DNA of 64,000 bases from an uncultured Gemmatimonadales bacterium (GTDB taxonomy: Bacteria > Gemmatimonadota > Gemmatimonadetes > Longimicrobiales > Gaopeijiaceae), in contig CAWGKG010000010.1 in assembly GCA_963823035.1 (NCBI GenBank), positions 160,001-224,000 on the forward strand, read 5' to 3'. Numbering within the stretch: the first letter of the stretch is position 1; each line of letters opens with the position of its first letter. The notes under the pieces are model-generated. The model ran no database searches and had not been told where the DNA came from. It was given only the letters and a program-made list of their open reading frames with translations. The position numbers and the translations under genes are program-made. Of this stretch, positions 10,358-19,085 are shown in pieces.

Positions 10358-12294
10358 TCAGTTGAAGGTGATGGCGACGGTCGTCGCCGAGGCCAGCGAC
10401 GTGCCCGTGATGATGAACGTGCGGGCGCCGGCGGCTCCGCTCACGACGAGGTCGTTGAAGTTGGCGACCCCGCTCGCGTTCGTGACCAGCGGGCTCGTGC
10501 CCGTCAGGGTGCCCGCGCCGCTAGGCGATCGCGATCGTGAGCGGAACGCCCTGGAGCGGCACGGCGGCGCCCGCGGAGTTACGAAGCTGCACCGAGATGG
10601 CGAAGGTGGCGCCGAGCGTGACGGGGCTGGACGGCACGCCGGAGACGGTGATCTGCGTCGCGGCCTGAGCCGTGAACGTCACCGGGTTGCCCGTGATGCC
10701 CGAGCCCGCGACGGTCGCGGTCAGGGTGTTGACCGCGCCGCTGCCGAGCGTCCAGCTACCCACGGCCGCGCGTCCCTGCGCGTCGGTCAGCTGGCTCGTC
10801 CCCGTGGCGGCCCCACCCCCGAGGCCGACGGCGAACGTCACCGCCGCACCGACCACGGGATTCCCTCCGGCGTCCGTGACGAGCACGGTCGGGGCGACCG
10901 CGACGCTCGTTCCCTGCACGGCCGCCTGGCCGGTGCCGGCGTAAACCTCGATCTCCGCCACGGTGCCGGCGGCGCCGGTCGCGTTGAAGGTCACCGTCGG
11001 CAGGCCGGTCGCGGTCGCCTTCACCGTGTTCGTCCCGGCGGACGGTGCCGAGCGTCCAGGACGTCACGGAAGCGACCCCGTTGACGTCGGTCGTGTCCTT
11101 CGCGTCGACCAGCGTGCCTCCGCCCGCCGTCACGGCGAACGTCACCGGTACACCCGCGACCGGGATGCCCGCCGCGTCGCGCACGATCACGCTGGGCGGG
11201 TCGGCGACCGCCGAGCCGGCGGTGGCGGTCTGACTGGTCTGCGAGGTCGCCACCATGGTGGTCGCCACCCCCCCGACCCCGGTAGCCGTGAAGGTCACCG
11301 ACGGAAGGCCGGCCGAGGAGGCCGTCAGGGTGTTCGAGCCGGGGAGCGGGCCGAGGAACCACCCGCCCACCGTGGCCATCCCCGTGGCGTCCGTCACCTG
11401 CCGGGACCCCACGACGCCTCCTCCCCCCGTGGCCACCGCGAAGGTGACCACCACACCGGCAACGCCGTCGCCGGCGTCGTCGCGCACGACCACCGTCGGG
11501 GCGATCGGTACGAGCTGGCCGACCGTGGCCTGCTGGCCGTTGCCGGCCGTGGCCACCATCGCCGAGCCGGTGGGCGTGGTCGCCGTGGCCGTGAAGACCA
11601 CGGGGTTGTTCACGACCCCACCGGCCTCCACGCGGGCGGCGAGCGTCTGCTCTCCGGACGCCGACCCGAGGACCCAGCTTCCGACGGTCACCACCCCCTG
11701 CGCGTCCGTGGTGCCGACGCCGCCGGTCACCCGTCCACCGCCCGAGAGCACGGAGAACGTCACCGGCACCCCCTGCGCGAGGTTGCCGAACGCGTCGGCC
11801 ACCCGGACGGAGGGCGCCGTCGGGACCGCCGTGCCCGCGGGAGCGGTCTGGGCGTTCCCGGCGACGGCGCTCACCGTGGCCGGACTCGCCGCGGTCACGG
11901 TAGCCGTGAACGTGGCGGATACGCCGCTACCGGCGGTGGCGGCGAGCGTGCCCTGCCCGGCGGTGGTCCCCAGCGTCCAGCGCGTGCTCGCGATGCCGTC
12001 GGCGTCGGTCATCGAGGTGGCGGGGTCGACCGACCCGCTCTGCGTCGTGAAGGTCACCGTGGCACCGGGCAGCGGCTGGTTGTCGCTGCCTACCACGAGG
12101 ACCTCGATCGGGTCGGCCACCTCCGTTCCGGCCGGAGCGGAGAGGGTCGCGTTGGAGAGGGCGTCCACGCGCGAGGCTGGAAGCGGGGCGCTGACCGAGG
12201 TCTCGCCGCAGCCTGCCAGGCTCGTGAGCGCGGTTGCCAGGGCGAGGGCCGTGAGGCGACGTCGTGAGGATCTCGGGAAGTCCTGGAGAGCCAT
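10358..12294 (-). CDS. Lipoprotein with about six bacterial Ig-like (Big_1/invasin-type) repeats; frameshifts near 11040 and 10522
   Basis: Lipobox LAGC; repeated ~100-aa units with V.V.D..GN...G..VTF.V..GGG...TD..G.A...W.LG. Confidence 0.8.
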
Positions 12295-12983
12295 TTGGAG
12301 AAGTCCCATTCCTGAGGCGGAGAGCACGGGAAACCGGCGGGATCGAGCGGGGCGGGAGGCCGCCGCGCGGCGATCCGTTTCTTCGGGGGGCCGGTAGGAC
12401 GTCATCAATCTATACGAAGCCGGAACCGGACGCCTTTCTTGAACGAGTGGGCGTGGTCCTTCGTGACGGCGAGGCCATCCCTGGCTCAGCCGCCCACCGT
12501 CCGACAGTCGCGGAAGAGGCGCCGCTCGGCGCGTGCGGACGTCTCGATGGCGTCGTTGAACGCCCGAAGCAGGCTCGCGTCGCGTTGCCCCGGTCGGTGT
12601 GCCGATCGTGTACTGGAAGACGACGACGGCAGCGACATCGCGCCGTGTCCGTGAGGGGCGTCGAGCTTTCGAATACGTGCGGGCGCGAGGGCAGCAAGGA
12701 AGATTGGGGGGGCGCGAGAGGCTTCACCGGACTATATTGCCGCACCATCTGCCCAGCCGTGATCAAACGGCTCATCGTGTGCCGGCTCCATCGGGTCTTT
12801 CCGCTCCTCCATGCTACCCCTGGAGCGGCGCGCATCGGACGCCAGTTCGGTGCTCCCCGGATAGGGCGCGACGCGAGAAAGGAGGGCCGCCCACAGACGT
12901 ATGCTTCACAGCCGGGGTGCGTGGTATCCCCCCGTGCTTGCCCCCCCGGCACATCTCCCCAACCCACTCAAGGGAAGAGCATC

Positions 12984-15900
12984 ATGAATTTCCAACGTTG
13001 GAAGGGCTTCTTGCCCGCTCTGGCGCTGGGCCTCGCCTTGGCGACGGCCCCGCTTGCCGCGCAGACGGGCACCATCACGGGGACCGTCATGGACGCCGCG
13101 ACCGGCCAGCCGCTGATCGGTGCGCAGATGGTCATCCCCGGCACGAACATCGGCGCGCTGACGAACCAGGCGGGGAGGTACCTCATCCTCGCGGCGCCCA
13201 CGGGAGAGGTTCAGATCCGCGCCGTCATCATCGGCTACAGCCAGGAGACGCGGACGGTCACGGTTACCGCCGGCCAGTCCGCCGTGGCGAATTTCGAGCT
13301 CTCGGCCTCGGCGATCCAGCTCGAGGGCGTGGTGGTCAACGCCGTCACGGGGCGTGACCAGCGCGTTCGCGAGATCGGCACGAACACGTCGACCATCGAC
13401 GTGAACCAGATCAAGCCCGCAACCGTGACGAGCATCTCGGACCTCCTGTCCGGGCGCTCGGAAGGCGTGATCCTGCAGGACGTGAACGGCACGACGGGCA
13501 CGGCGCAGCGCATCCGCATTCGCGGCGCGAACAGCCTGTCGCTGTCCAACGAGCCGCTGGTCTACGTCGACGGCGTGCAGTACAGCAACGCCAACACGCT
13601 GTCGATCGGCGTCGGCGGCCAGGAGGCCGGGCGCCTGAACGACCTCAACCCCGCGGACATCGCGAACATCGAGATCGTGAAGGGGCCGGCCGCCGCCGCG
13701 CTCTACGGGACGGCCGCGGCCAACGGCGTGCTGCTGATCACGACCAAGCGCGGGCGAGCCGGCGACGCGGAGTGGAACTTCTACGCAGAGACCGGCCAGC
13801 TATCGGACCGGACCGACTACCCGGCGAACTACATGGCGTACTCGGTGATCGGCAACGCGAGCGCGTCGCTGTCCAATCCGGACGGGACGTTCAACTCGAC
13901 GGACTTCGCGCGCTGCCCCAACCGCTCGGCGGCGGCGGGCGACTGCGCCCAGGACGGCGTGGCCGTCTTCAACACGTTGACGGATCCGCGCACGACCCCG
14001 TTCTCGACGGGAAGCCGTAACCGCTACGGCGCCAGCGTGCGTGGCGGCAACGAGCGGGTGACGTACTACCTCTCCGGCGAGTACCAGGACGAGACGGGCG
14101 TCATCCAGTACAACACGCTCGACAAGATCACGATGCGCGCGAACCTCAACGCCGCCATCCGTGAGGACGTCGACGTGTCCGTGACCACGGGCTACACCCA
14201 GTCGGGCACGGGCTTCAACAGCAACGACAACAGCGTCTTCAGCCCGATCCTCAACGGCCTGCTGGGCGAGGGCTACTTCATTCCCGAGGCACCCGGCGAC
14301 CGCCCCGGCGTGAACCGCCGCAACTACGGTTTCTCGTGGAATCAGTACGACAACTCGAAGTACATCATCCACGACGACGTGGACCGCTTCACGATCGGGT
14401 CCAACGTGCAGTACCGCCCCGCCGACTGGCTGAGCCTCAACGCCAACGGCGGCATGGATCTGATCGACGGGCACACGTACCGCACGCTCCAGCCCCGTCT
14501 GCTCAACCTCGCGGAGTCGTGGTACAACGGCTTCCGGCAGTCGGATCGCCAGAACCGCTACACGTACACCTTCAATTCGTCGGCGGTTGCGCGGTACAAC
14601 CCGGCGCAGGACCTGCTGTCGACGACGACGGTGGGCGTGAGCTACAACCGCGCCTTGCGCGAGCTCACGAGCTGCTACGGGTCGAGCCTGGTGCAGGGCA
14701 CCGCGTCGTGCGGAACCACGGCGGCGCTCTTCAGCATCGATGAGGAGTTCTCGGAGGTCATCCAGGTGGGTGGCTACGTGTCCACGGAGCTGGCCTGGCG
14801 CGACCGCCTCTTCCTGGCCGGGGCCCTGCGCGGCGACGACAACAGCGCGTTCGGTGCGGACTTCGGCTTCATCCTCTATCCCTCGGCGAACCTGTCGTGG
14901 GTGATCGGTGAGGAGGATTGGTTCCCCGAGCTCAGCTTCCTTTCGTCGCTCCGCGTGCGGACCGCGTGGGGCCAGTCCGGCCTGCGTCCGGACTTCCGCG
15001 ATGCCGTGACGCTCTACAACCCGACCACCGTCGCCAGCGACGCGGGAGACGTACCCGGCATCACGGTGAGCAGCACCGGCAACCTGGAGCTCAAGCCCGA
15101 GCGCTCGAGCGAGATCGAGATGGGCTTCGACGCCGCGCTGTTCGACAACCGCCTGGGCGTGGACTTCACCTACTTCAGAAAGACGTCCAAGGACGCGCTG
15201 ATCTCGCGGCGGCTCCCGCCTTCGTACGGAGTGGCGGCTTCCCGCTTCGAGAACCTCGGACGCATCCGGAACGCCGGCACGGAGTTGGGACTCAACTTCG
15301 ACGCGCTCCGGAGGGACGACCTGGGCCTCACGCTTCGCGCTTCGGTGACCACGCTCAGCAACGAGGTGCTGGACATCGGCGGCGTCGAGGACATCGTGCA
15401 GAACCGTGGCCTGCAGCGGCACAAGGAGGGCTATCCGGCCGGCGCGTTCTTCCAGGTGCCCTACACGATCAACGACGCGGACGGGAACGGCCTCCTGACG
15501 AACGACGAGGTCATCCTGGGGGACACGGCGGTGTACATCGGCCCCCCGCTGCCCACGTACCAGGTGTCCTTCGGCGGAGAAGTGCGGCTGTTCGACTGGA
15601 TCCGCGTTTCCACGCTCTTCGAGGCGCGCGGGGGCAACTACCAGGGCAACGACTCGGAGTCGTTCCGCTGCGGTTTCCGCAGCAACCGGGGGTGCGAGGC
15701 GGTCGGAAACCCGAACGCCTCCCTCGAGGAGCAGGCCCGCTACATCTCGGACCGCTACCTCGGTAGCGCCTACGGGTACGTCGAATCGGCGGACTTCGTG
15801 AAGTGGCGGGAGCTGTCGGTCACGTTGGACATGCCGCAGTCGGTCGTCAACACGGCGCCCCGGCTCAACGGCCTGAGCGTCACGCTCTCCGGCCGCAACC

Positions 15901-16037
15901 TCGCGACATGGACGGACTACACCGGTCTCGATCCGGAGACGGTGGAGGGCGGCGGCAGCGCGAACTTCAGCCAGAGCGAGTTCAACACGCAGCCGCCCGT
16001 CCGCTTCTTCATGGTCCGTCTGACCTACTCCTTCTGA
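12984..16037 (+). CDS. SusC/RagA-family TonB-dependent outer-membrane transporter
   Basis: Signal peptide, N-terminal carboxypeptidase-regulatory-like domain, plug motifs IRIRGANS, EPLVYVDG, IEIVKGPAAAALYG..AANGV..ITTK, LKPERS.E.E.G, terminal YSF; RBS AGGGAAG before ATG 12984. Confidence 0.92.
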   Translation: MNFQRWKGFLPALALGLALATAPLAAQTGTITGTVMDAATGQPLIGAQMVIPGTNIGALTNQAGRYLILAAPTGEVQIRAVIIGYSQETRTVTVTAGQSAVANFELSASAIQLEGVVVNAVTGRDQRVREIGTNTSTIDVNQIKPATVTSISDLLSGRSEGVILQDVNGTTGTAQRIRIRGANSLSLSNEPLVYVDGVQYSNANTLSIGVGGQEAGRLNDLNPADIANIEIVKGPAAAALYGTAAANGVLLITTKRGRAGDAEWNFYAETGQLSDRTDYPANYMAYSVIGNASASLSNPDGTFNSTDFARCPNRSAAAGDCAQDGVAVFNTLTDPRTTPFSTGSRNRYGASVRGGNERVTYYLSGEYQDETGVIQYNTLDKITMRANLNAAIREDVDVSVTTGYTQSGTGFNSNDNSVFSPILNGLLGEGYFIPEAPGDRPGVNRRNYGFSWNQYDNSKYIIHDDVDRFTIGSNVQYRPADWLSLNANGGMDLIDGHTYRTLQPRLLNLAESWYNGFRQSDRQNRYTYTFNSSAVARYNPAQDLLSTTTVGVSYNRALRELTSCYGSSLVQGTASCGTTAALFSIDEEFSEVIQVGGYVSTELAWRDRLFLAGALRGDDNSAFGADFGFILYPSANLSWVIGEEDWFPELSFLSSLRVRTAWGQSGLRPDFRDAVTLYNPTTVASDAGDVPGITVSSTGNLELKPERSSEIEMGFDAALFDNRLGVDFTYFRKTSKDALISRRLPPSYGVAASRFENLGRIRNAGTELGLNFDALRRDDLGLTLRASVTTLSNEVLDIGGVEDIVQNRGLQRHKEGYPAGAFFQVPYTINDADGNGLLTNDEVILGDTAVYIGPPLPTYQVSFGGEVRLFDWIRVSTLFEARGGNYQGNDSESFRCGFRSNRGCEAVGNPNASLEEQARYISDRYLGSAYGYVESADFVKWRELSVTLDMPQSVVNTAPRLNGLSVTLSGRNLATWTDYTGLDPETVEGGGSANFSQSEFNTQPPVRFFMVRLTYSF

Positions 16038-16058
16038 CGCGCGCCGAGGACTGACACA

Positions 16059-17441
16059 ATGAATGACCTACGCAAGAAGTCCAGGTACGCTTGGGCGGCG
16101 TTGGTGGCATTTACGGTGCCGCTGGCCGCGTGCAGCGTGGACAAGCTTCTCGAGGTTACGGACCCGGACCGGGTGAGCGCGGGGACGTTGGACGATCCCG
16201 ACTTCATCGACGTGCTGGTCGCCGGCGCGCTCGGTGACTTCACGACGGCGTACAGCGGCAGCGGTGGCGATGCGCTTCTCTCCACCACCGCGCTGCTCAC
16301 CGACGAGTTCTTCTCGACCGGTACCTTCGATACCAGGACGGCTACAGACCGCCGTCTCCAGAATACGCCCGCCAACGGCAACACGTCCGACGGGGCGTAC
16401 ACGAACCTGCAGCAGGCGCGCAGGTCGCTGATGATCGCCTCCGAGAAGGTGGCCGATCACCCGGACAAGGGAACCGGGGACCCCGACTACGCGGTGCTCC
16501 GGGCGCTGTACGGGTATACGTACGTGGCGCTCGGCGAGGCGTTCTGCAGCTACGTGCCGATCGCCAACGACGAGAACCCCGACCCGGCGGACGGTCCGCC
16601 GCGCACGTCGGCGGAGCTCTTCGAGGAGGCCCTGCCGGCGTTCGACAGCCCCGGCGGCACTTTGGCGGCGGTGGGGAAGGGACGGGCGCTGCTGAACCTG
16701 GGCCGGTTCGCGGATGCCGCGGCGGCGGTGGCCAGCGTGCCGACCGCGTTCAACTGGTTCATCCAGCACTCGGAGAACGGCGCCAACAACCCGTTCTTCG
16801 CCCTCCAGTCGAACGGCCGCTACTCCATCTCGCAGCACGAAGGGGGGAACGGGACGGGCATGCCCTTCCGCGGCACGGGCGACGGTTTCGACAACGCGAA
16901 TCAGGATCCGCGGCTGCCGTGGTTCGAGGACCCCGCCGGGGGCTTCGATCCGCAGTTCCGCCTGTTCGTGACCCGGAAGTATCCCTATCGGACCTCCAAC
17001 GTGCCGTTGGCCAGCGGGATCGAGGCGCGTCTGATCGAGGCCGAGGCGGCGCTGCAGACGGGCGGGGACTGGCTCGGGATCCTGAACGAGCTACGGGCGA
17101 ACGTGGGCACGTTGATGGCGGCCCAGATCGACGACTATGACAAGTGGGTCGACAGCCCCTCGCTGGCGCCGCTCACCGATCCTGGGTCGGCCGACGCCCG
17201 GATCGACATGGTGATGTCGGAGCGGGCGATGTGGCTGTGGGGAACCGCTCACCGGATCGGTGACCTGCGCCGGATGATCAACTACTACGGACGGACCGAG
17301 AGCCAGGTCTATCCGTCCGGCGCGTACCACAAGGGCGGGGATCACGGCCCCGACGTGGTGTTCCCCGTCGACTTCGACGAGGGCAACAACACGCTGTTCG
17401 ACCCGTCGCAGTGCGTGGTGACGTCGGCGACCTTCAACTAG
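16059..17441 (+). CDS. SusD/RagB-family nutrient-binding lipoprotein
   Basis: Lipobox LAAC, directly after susC; GIEARLIEAEA, ER...W...HR.GDLRR motifs. Confidence 0.85.
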   Translation: MNDLRKKSRYAWAALVAFTVPLAACSVDKLLEVTDPDRVSAGTLDDPDFIDVLVAGALGDFTTAYSGSGGDALLSTTALLTDEFFSTGTFDTRTATDRRLQNTPANGNTSDGAYTNLQQARRSLMIASEKVADHPDKGTGDPDYAVLRALYGYTYVALGEAFCSYVPIANDENPDPADGPPRTSAELFEEALPAFDSPGGTLAAVGKGRALLNLGRFADAAAAVASVPTAFNWFIQHSENGANNPFFALQSNGRYSISQHEGGNGTGMPFRGTGDGFDNANQDPRLPWFEDPAGGFDPQFRLFVTRKYPYRTSNVPLASGIEARLIEAEAALQTGGDWLGILNELRANVGTLMAAQIDDYDKWVDSPSLAPLTDPGSADARIDMVMSERAMWLWGTAHRIGDLRRMINYYGRTESQVYPSGAYHKGGDHGPDVVFPVDFDEGNNTLFDPSQCVVTSATFN

Positions 17442-17465
17442 GCGGCGTCACGCGTGACGATGGAA

Positions 17466-17498
17466 GAGGGGGCGCCGGCTCGAAGCCGGCGCCCCCTC
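17466..17498. terminator. Perfect 15-bp GC hairpin between convergent genes (probable terminator)
   Basis: GAGGGGGCGCCGGCT-CGA-AGCCGGCGCCCCCTC, 25 nt after the susD stop; no U-tract. Confidence 0.7.
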
Positions 17499-17523
17499 GC
17501 TCGATGCGCGAGCGGAGTGTCGT

Positions 17524-18006
17524 TCAGCCCGCAGGCACCGTGTCCCTATGCGAAGGTGGGACCCCCGTTCGCACCACGATGACCCCGTTTCCGCCGGCCG
17601 TGCCGTACCGAACGACGGCTGTACGGGCGGGGAGGATCTGGATGTAGTCGATGTTGGAGGCGCGGATGTCCTGCAAGGTGCCCAGGCCGCTCATGTGCGT
17701 GCCGTCCACCACGAGGAGGACCTCGGGGCTGAGGACGAAGCTCGAGACGCCGCGCATGGTGACGCGGGCGTTGCTGCCTTCACGCGGGAACTGGATGTTG
17801 AGATTGGTGCTGCCGAAGCGCAGCGCCTCCCACGCGTCGCGCGCACCGGTGCGCGCGATGTCTTCCCGGGTGAGGATCATCCCGTCGCGCTCGTTCGGCT
17901 CCGTGGGGTCGGCCACGGGGACGGTCTTGCACGCGGCGGCGAGCGTGAGGGCGAATAGGACGGTCGTCACACCGCCGGGGGAGCCGTGTCGCGAGTTCTT
18001 GAACAT
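17524..18006 (-). CDS. Small lipoprotein consisting of a stand-alone TonB-dependent receptor plug domain
   Basis: LAAAC lipobox; ILTREDI, MRG, LLVVDG, IDYIQIL, RYGTAGGNGVIVVRT; no barrel domain. Confidence 0.7.
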   Translation of the reverse strand: MFKNSRHGSPGGVTTVLFALTLAAACKTVPVADPTEPNERDGMILTREDIARTGARDAWEALRFGSTNLNIQFPREGSNARVTMRGVSSFVLSPEVLLVVDGTHMSGLGTLQDIRASNIDYIQILPARTAVVRYGTAGGNGVIVVRTGVPPSHRDTVPAG

Positions 18007-18045
18007 GATGGCCGGGGCTCCCTTGGGTAGGCGCGGGTGTACCAC

Positions 18046-18057
18046 TACGATACTATA
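18046..18057. promoter_or_regulatory. Candidate overlapping divergent -10 elements
   Basis: AT-rich TACGATACTATA between divergent genes (TACGAT/TACTAT on +, TATAGT on -). Confidence 0.35.
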
Positions 18058-18117
18058 CCGCCCAGGGCCCCGCGGATTTCCGCACAACCTGGCGGACCGA
18101 CCAGGCCCTCCCCTGAG

Positions 18118-18624
18118 ATGACGCTCCTGAAGCCCCTCGGTCGATCGTTCCTGACCCTCTTCGCGGCGATGTTCCTCCTGGGGACTCCGACGCGCGCGCT
18201 CGCCCAGATTCGACCCGGCATCGAGCGGGGTGACTACTGGGGCGACGTGCGAGCGAAGTACCGTGGTGAGGTGCTCGAAGGCGTCGGGAAGCTCATGGAC
18301 GCCTGGGTGGCGGCATGGAACAGGTGGGACGTCGACGCGATGGTCGGCCCGTTCACGGAAGACGGTGTGCTGATCCTCTCTGGCGTCTCGCTGCGGGGAG
18401 CGGAGTCCATGCGCGCGATGCTCGCGGAGCGGACCGGGCCCGAGATCGTCCAGAGCCTGAGCGACTTCGACGTCCGGGGCGACATGGCGTTCGCCACCGC
18501 GCGGTTGCGCGTCGCGAGCGACGCGGACGGCGGGAGCCCGGCGGCCGGGTTCGCGGTCTGGACGTTCTTGAAGGAAGGGGGAGGTTGGAGGATCCGGTCG
18601 CTTCTGGTCGACCTCGGCTCCTAG
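18118..18624 (+). CDS. Exported SnoaL/NTF2-like (DUF4440-type) protein
   Basis: Signal peptide ending ALA-Q; W..AWN..D.DAM...FTEDG, GD.AF, GGWRI motifs. Confidence 0.7.
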   Translation: MTLLKPLGRSFLTLFAAMFLLGTPTRALAQIRPGIERGDYWGDVRAKYRGEVLEGVGKLMDAWVAAWNRWDVDAMVGPFTEDGVLILSGVSLRGAESMRAMLAERTGPEIVQSLSDFDVRGDMAFATARLRVASDADGGSPAAGFAVWTFLKEGGGWRIRSLLVDLGS

Positions 18625-18649
18625 GCACGCGTACACCGGAGGTGGTGGC

Positions 18650-19036
18650 ATGCATCCCAACCGATGGACGAAGGCGACGATGGCGCTCCTGATGGCCGTG
18701 GGGCTCGCGTCCTGCGCGACTGCGGGGGCGGGCTCCGCGACGGCGAACCCGTCCGTCATCACCGCGGAGGAGCTGGCGGGGGTCCCGGAGCTGAATGCAC
18801 TGGAAGCCGTCCAACGCCTGCGACCCCGGTGGCTGAGAGGCCGTGGCCAGGCGTCCTTCACCGCGCAGCAGGGCGTGCGCGTATATGTCAGTGGCGTGCT
18901 CCGGGGCTACGCTGGCGAGCTGGCCTCCATCCGGGCTCAGGCGATCGAGAGCATGCGCTTCCTGGACGGCCGTGAGGCGACCGCCCGCTACGGCACCGAC
19001 CACGGCGACGGAGCGATCCTGGTCGAGCTGAAGTAG
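18650..19036 (+). CDS. Small lipoprotein, stand-alone TonB plug-like domain
   Basis: LASC lipobox; VITAEEL, AVQRLRP.WL..RG, VYVSG, IESMRFL, ATARYGTDHGDGAILV. Confidence 0.7.
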   Translation: MHPNRWTKATMALLMAVGLASCATAGAGSATANPSVITAEELAGVPELNALEAVQRLRPRWLRGRGQASFTAQQGVRVYVSGVLRGYAGELASIRAQAIESMRFLDGREATARYGTDHGDGAILVELK

Positions 19037-19085
19037 GGCGGCCGGGCAGGCGTCACACGTCCAGGACCGCGGCCCCCCTTCCCGA

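Noticed and set aside
10521..10523. TAG within the Ig-repeat gene as possible recoding
   Set aside because: The sixth repeat continues in a shifted frame, so this is a single-base insertion.
12264..12983. 240-aa N-terminal extension of SusC in the ORF track
   Set aside because: The RBS and signal peptide start at ATG 12984; the upstream translation has no protein-like features.
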